This document shows positions 26,248 to 26,850 of a DNA stretch of 26,850 bases, in pieces (within the stretch, counting starts at the first letter, position 1; each line of letters begins with the position of its first letter). Under the pieces are notes generated by a model. The model searched no databases, was not told where the DNA came from, and saw only the letters and a list, made by a program, of their open reading frames with translations. Position numbers and translations under genes: made by a program. Source of the DNA: Pseudobacteriovorax sp. (GTDB taxonomy: Bacteria; Bdellovibrionota_B; Oligoflexia; Oligoflexales; Oligoflexaceae). Location: positions 1 through 26,850 of the forward strand of contig JBNKNM010000060.1 in NCBI GenBank assembly GCA_050293845.1, read 5' to 3'.

Positions 26248-26850
26248 TTGACGTCCTCTCCACGTCTAAAGCCGGGGGATTCCTGGGCCACTTCAGGACA
26301 CCAGCGATTCACGTCCGAATCGGAGAATGTTCAGTGCAGCATTCACGTCACGATCATGAACCGCTCCACAATTGCTGCATATCCACTCTCTTACCCCAAG
26401 ATCTTTCACACCTTTCGGTGCGCTATCTGGAATCTCTTCACAGCTAGAACAGATTTGAGTTGAGAAGTTTTCTGAAACTTCTAAGAATATTCTATGCTGT
26501 TGCGCGCTCGCTTTATACTTCAGCATCGTTTTGAATGCGGTTGTGGCCGCATCGTTGACAGATTTTGCCATCTTCGTTTTGGCTAGACCCTTCGCTCCAA
26601 ATTTACCAACAACTATGAGACAGTTTTCTTGGACTATTTCTGTTGAGGCTTTATGGAGATCGTCCATTCTCTTATGCTTCTGCGCACGAGCAAGCTTGCG
26701 TTCCATCATACGGTAGTAGCGACCATTCGATACCTTTTTGCCGCTAGAGAGAGTGGCCACATCTTTCATACCGAGATCAATGCCAACTTCAGCACTGGCA
26801 TCATATTGTTCTGACTCATACTCAACTGCGATACACAGATACCATCTACC
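26248..26850 (-). mobile_element. IS200/IS605-family element, right-end portion
   Basis: After the tnpB stop, the minus strand reads GGAATCCCCCGGCTTTAGACGTGGAGAGGACGTCAA, a typical subterminal hairpin ending in TCAA at 26248. Confidence 0.85.
26293..26850 (-). CDS. tnpB: TnpB RNA-guided endonuclease, 5' part outside the window, probable internal in-frame deletion
   Basis: Frame open to the edge: GRWYLCIAVE..VGIDLGMKD (RuvC-I), LHKAST, MAKSVND, LKYK, STQICSSC, REWICSNCGAVHDRDVNAALNI. Confidence 0.9.
   Translation of the reverse strand, partial: GRWYLCIAVEYESEQYDASAEVGIDLGMKDVATLSSGKKVSNGRYYRMMERKLARAQKHKRMDDLHKASTEIVQENCLIVVGKFGAKGLAKTKMAKSVNDAATTAFKTMLKYKASAQQHRIFLEVSENFSTQICSSCEEIPDSAPKGVKDLGVREWICSNCGAVHDRDVNAALNILRFGRESLVS

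Noticed and set aside
26239..26716. Plus-strand ORFs 26239..26463 and 26531..26716
   Set aside because: Antisense to tnpB and its right end.

Overview
A 26.85 kb bacterial window. Gene content (TIGR02147 protein, long ChaN, eukaryote-like acyltransferase) suggests Bdellovibrionota/Oligoflexia; this is inference. The left ~8 kb is housekeeping-like: ChaN-family protein, fmt-purN plus two hypotheticals, two Opp/Dpp-type permeases and an acyltransferase. A decayed IS66 follows, then a TIGR02147/DUF4423 gene between two divergent paralogous acidic lipoproteins. From ~12.2 kb to the end lies a redox-themed accessory region. It holds a CsoR/RcnR-family regulator bracketed by ~79 bp inverted repeats and divergent from cydA-cydB-DUF1641-type II sqr; a second, non-canonical bd-superfamily pair whose subunits each carry a C-terminal cytochrome c; a globin; a secreted DUF2202 protein; a secreted DUF442-like sulfurtransferase fused to a DUF3365/Tll0287-like heme c domain; a secreted cytochrome b5 with a NOX/ferric-reductase-like partner; a decayed IS5; and the 3' part of an IS200/IS605 TnpB element. 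The best candidate for an undescribed system is this putative sulfide-oxidation/low-oxygen respiratory island. All assignments come from motif recognition by eye; no searches were run.
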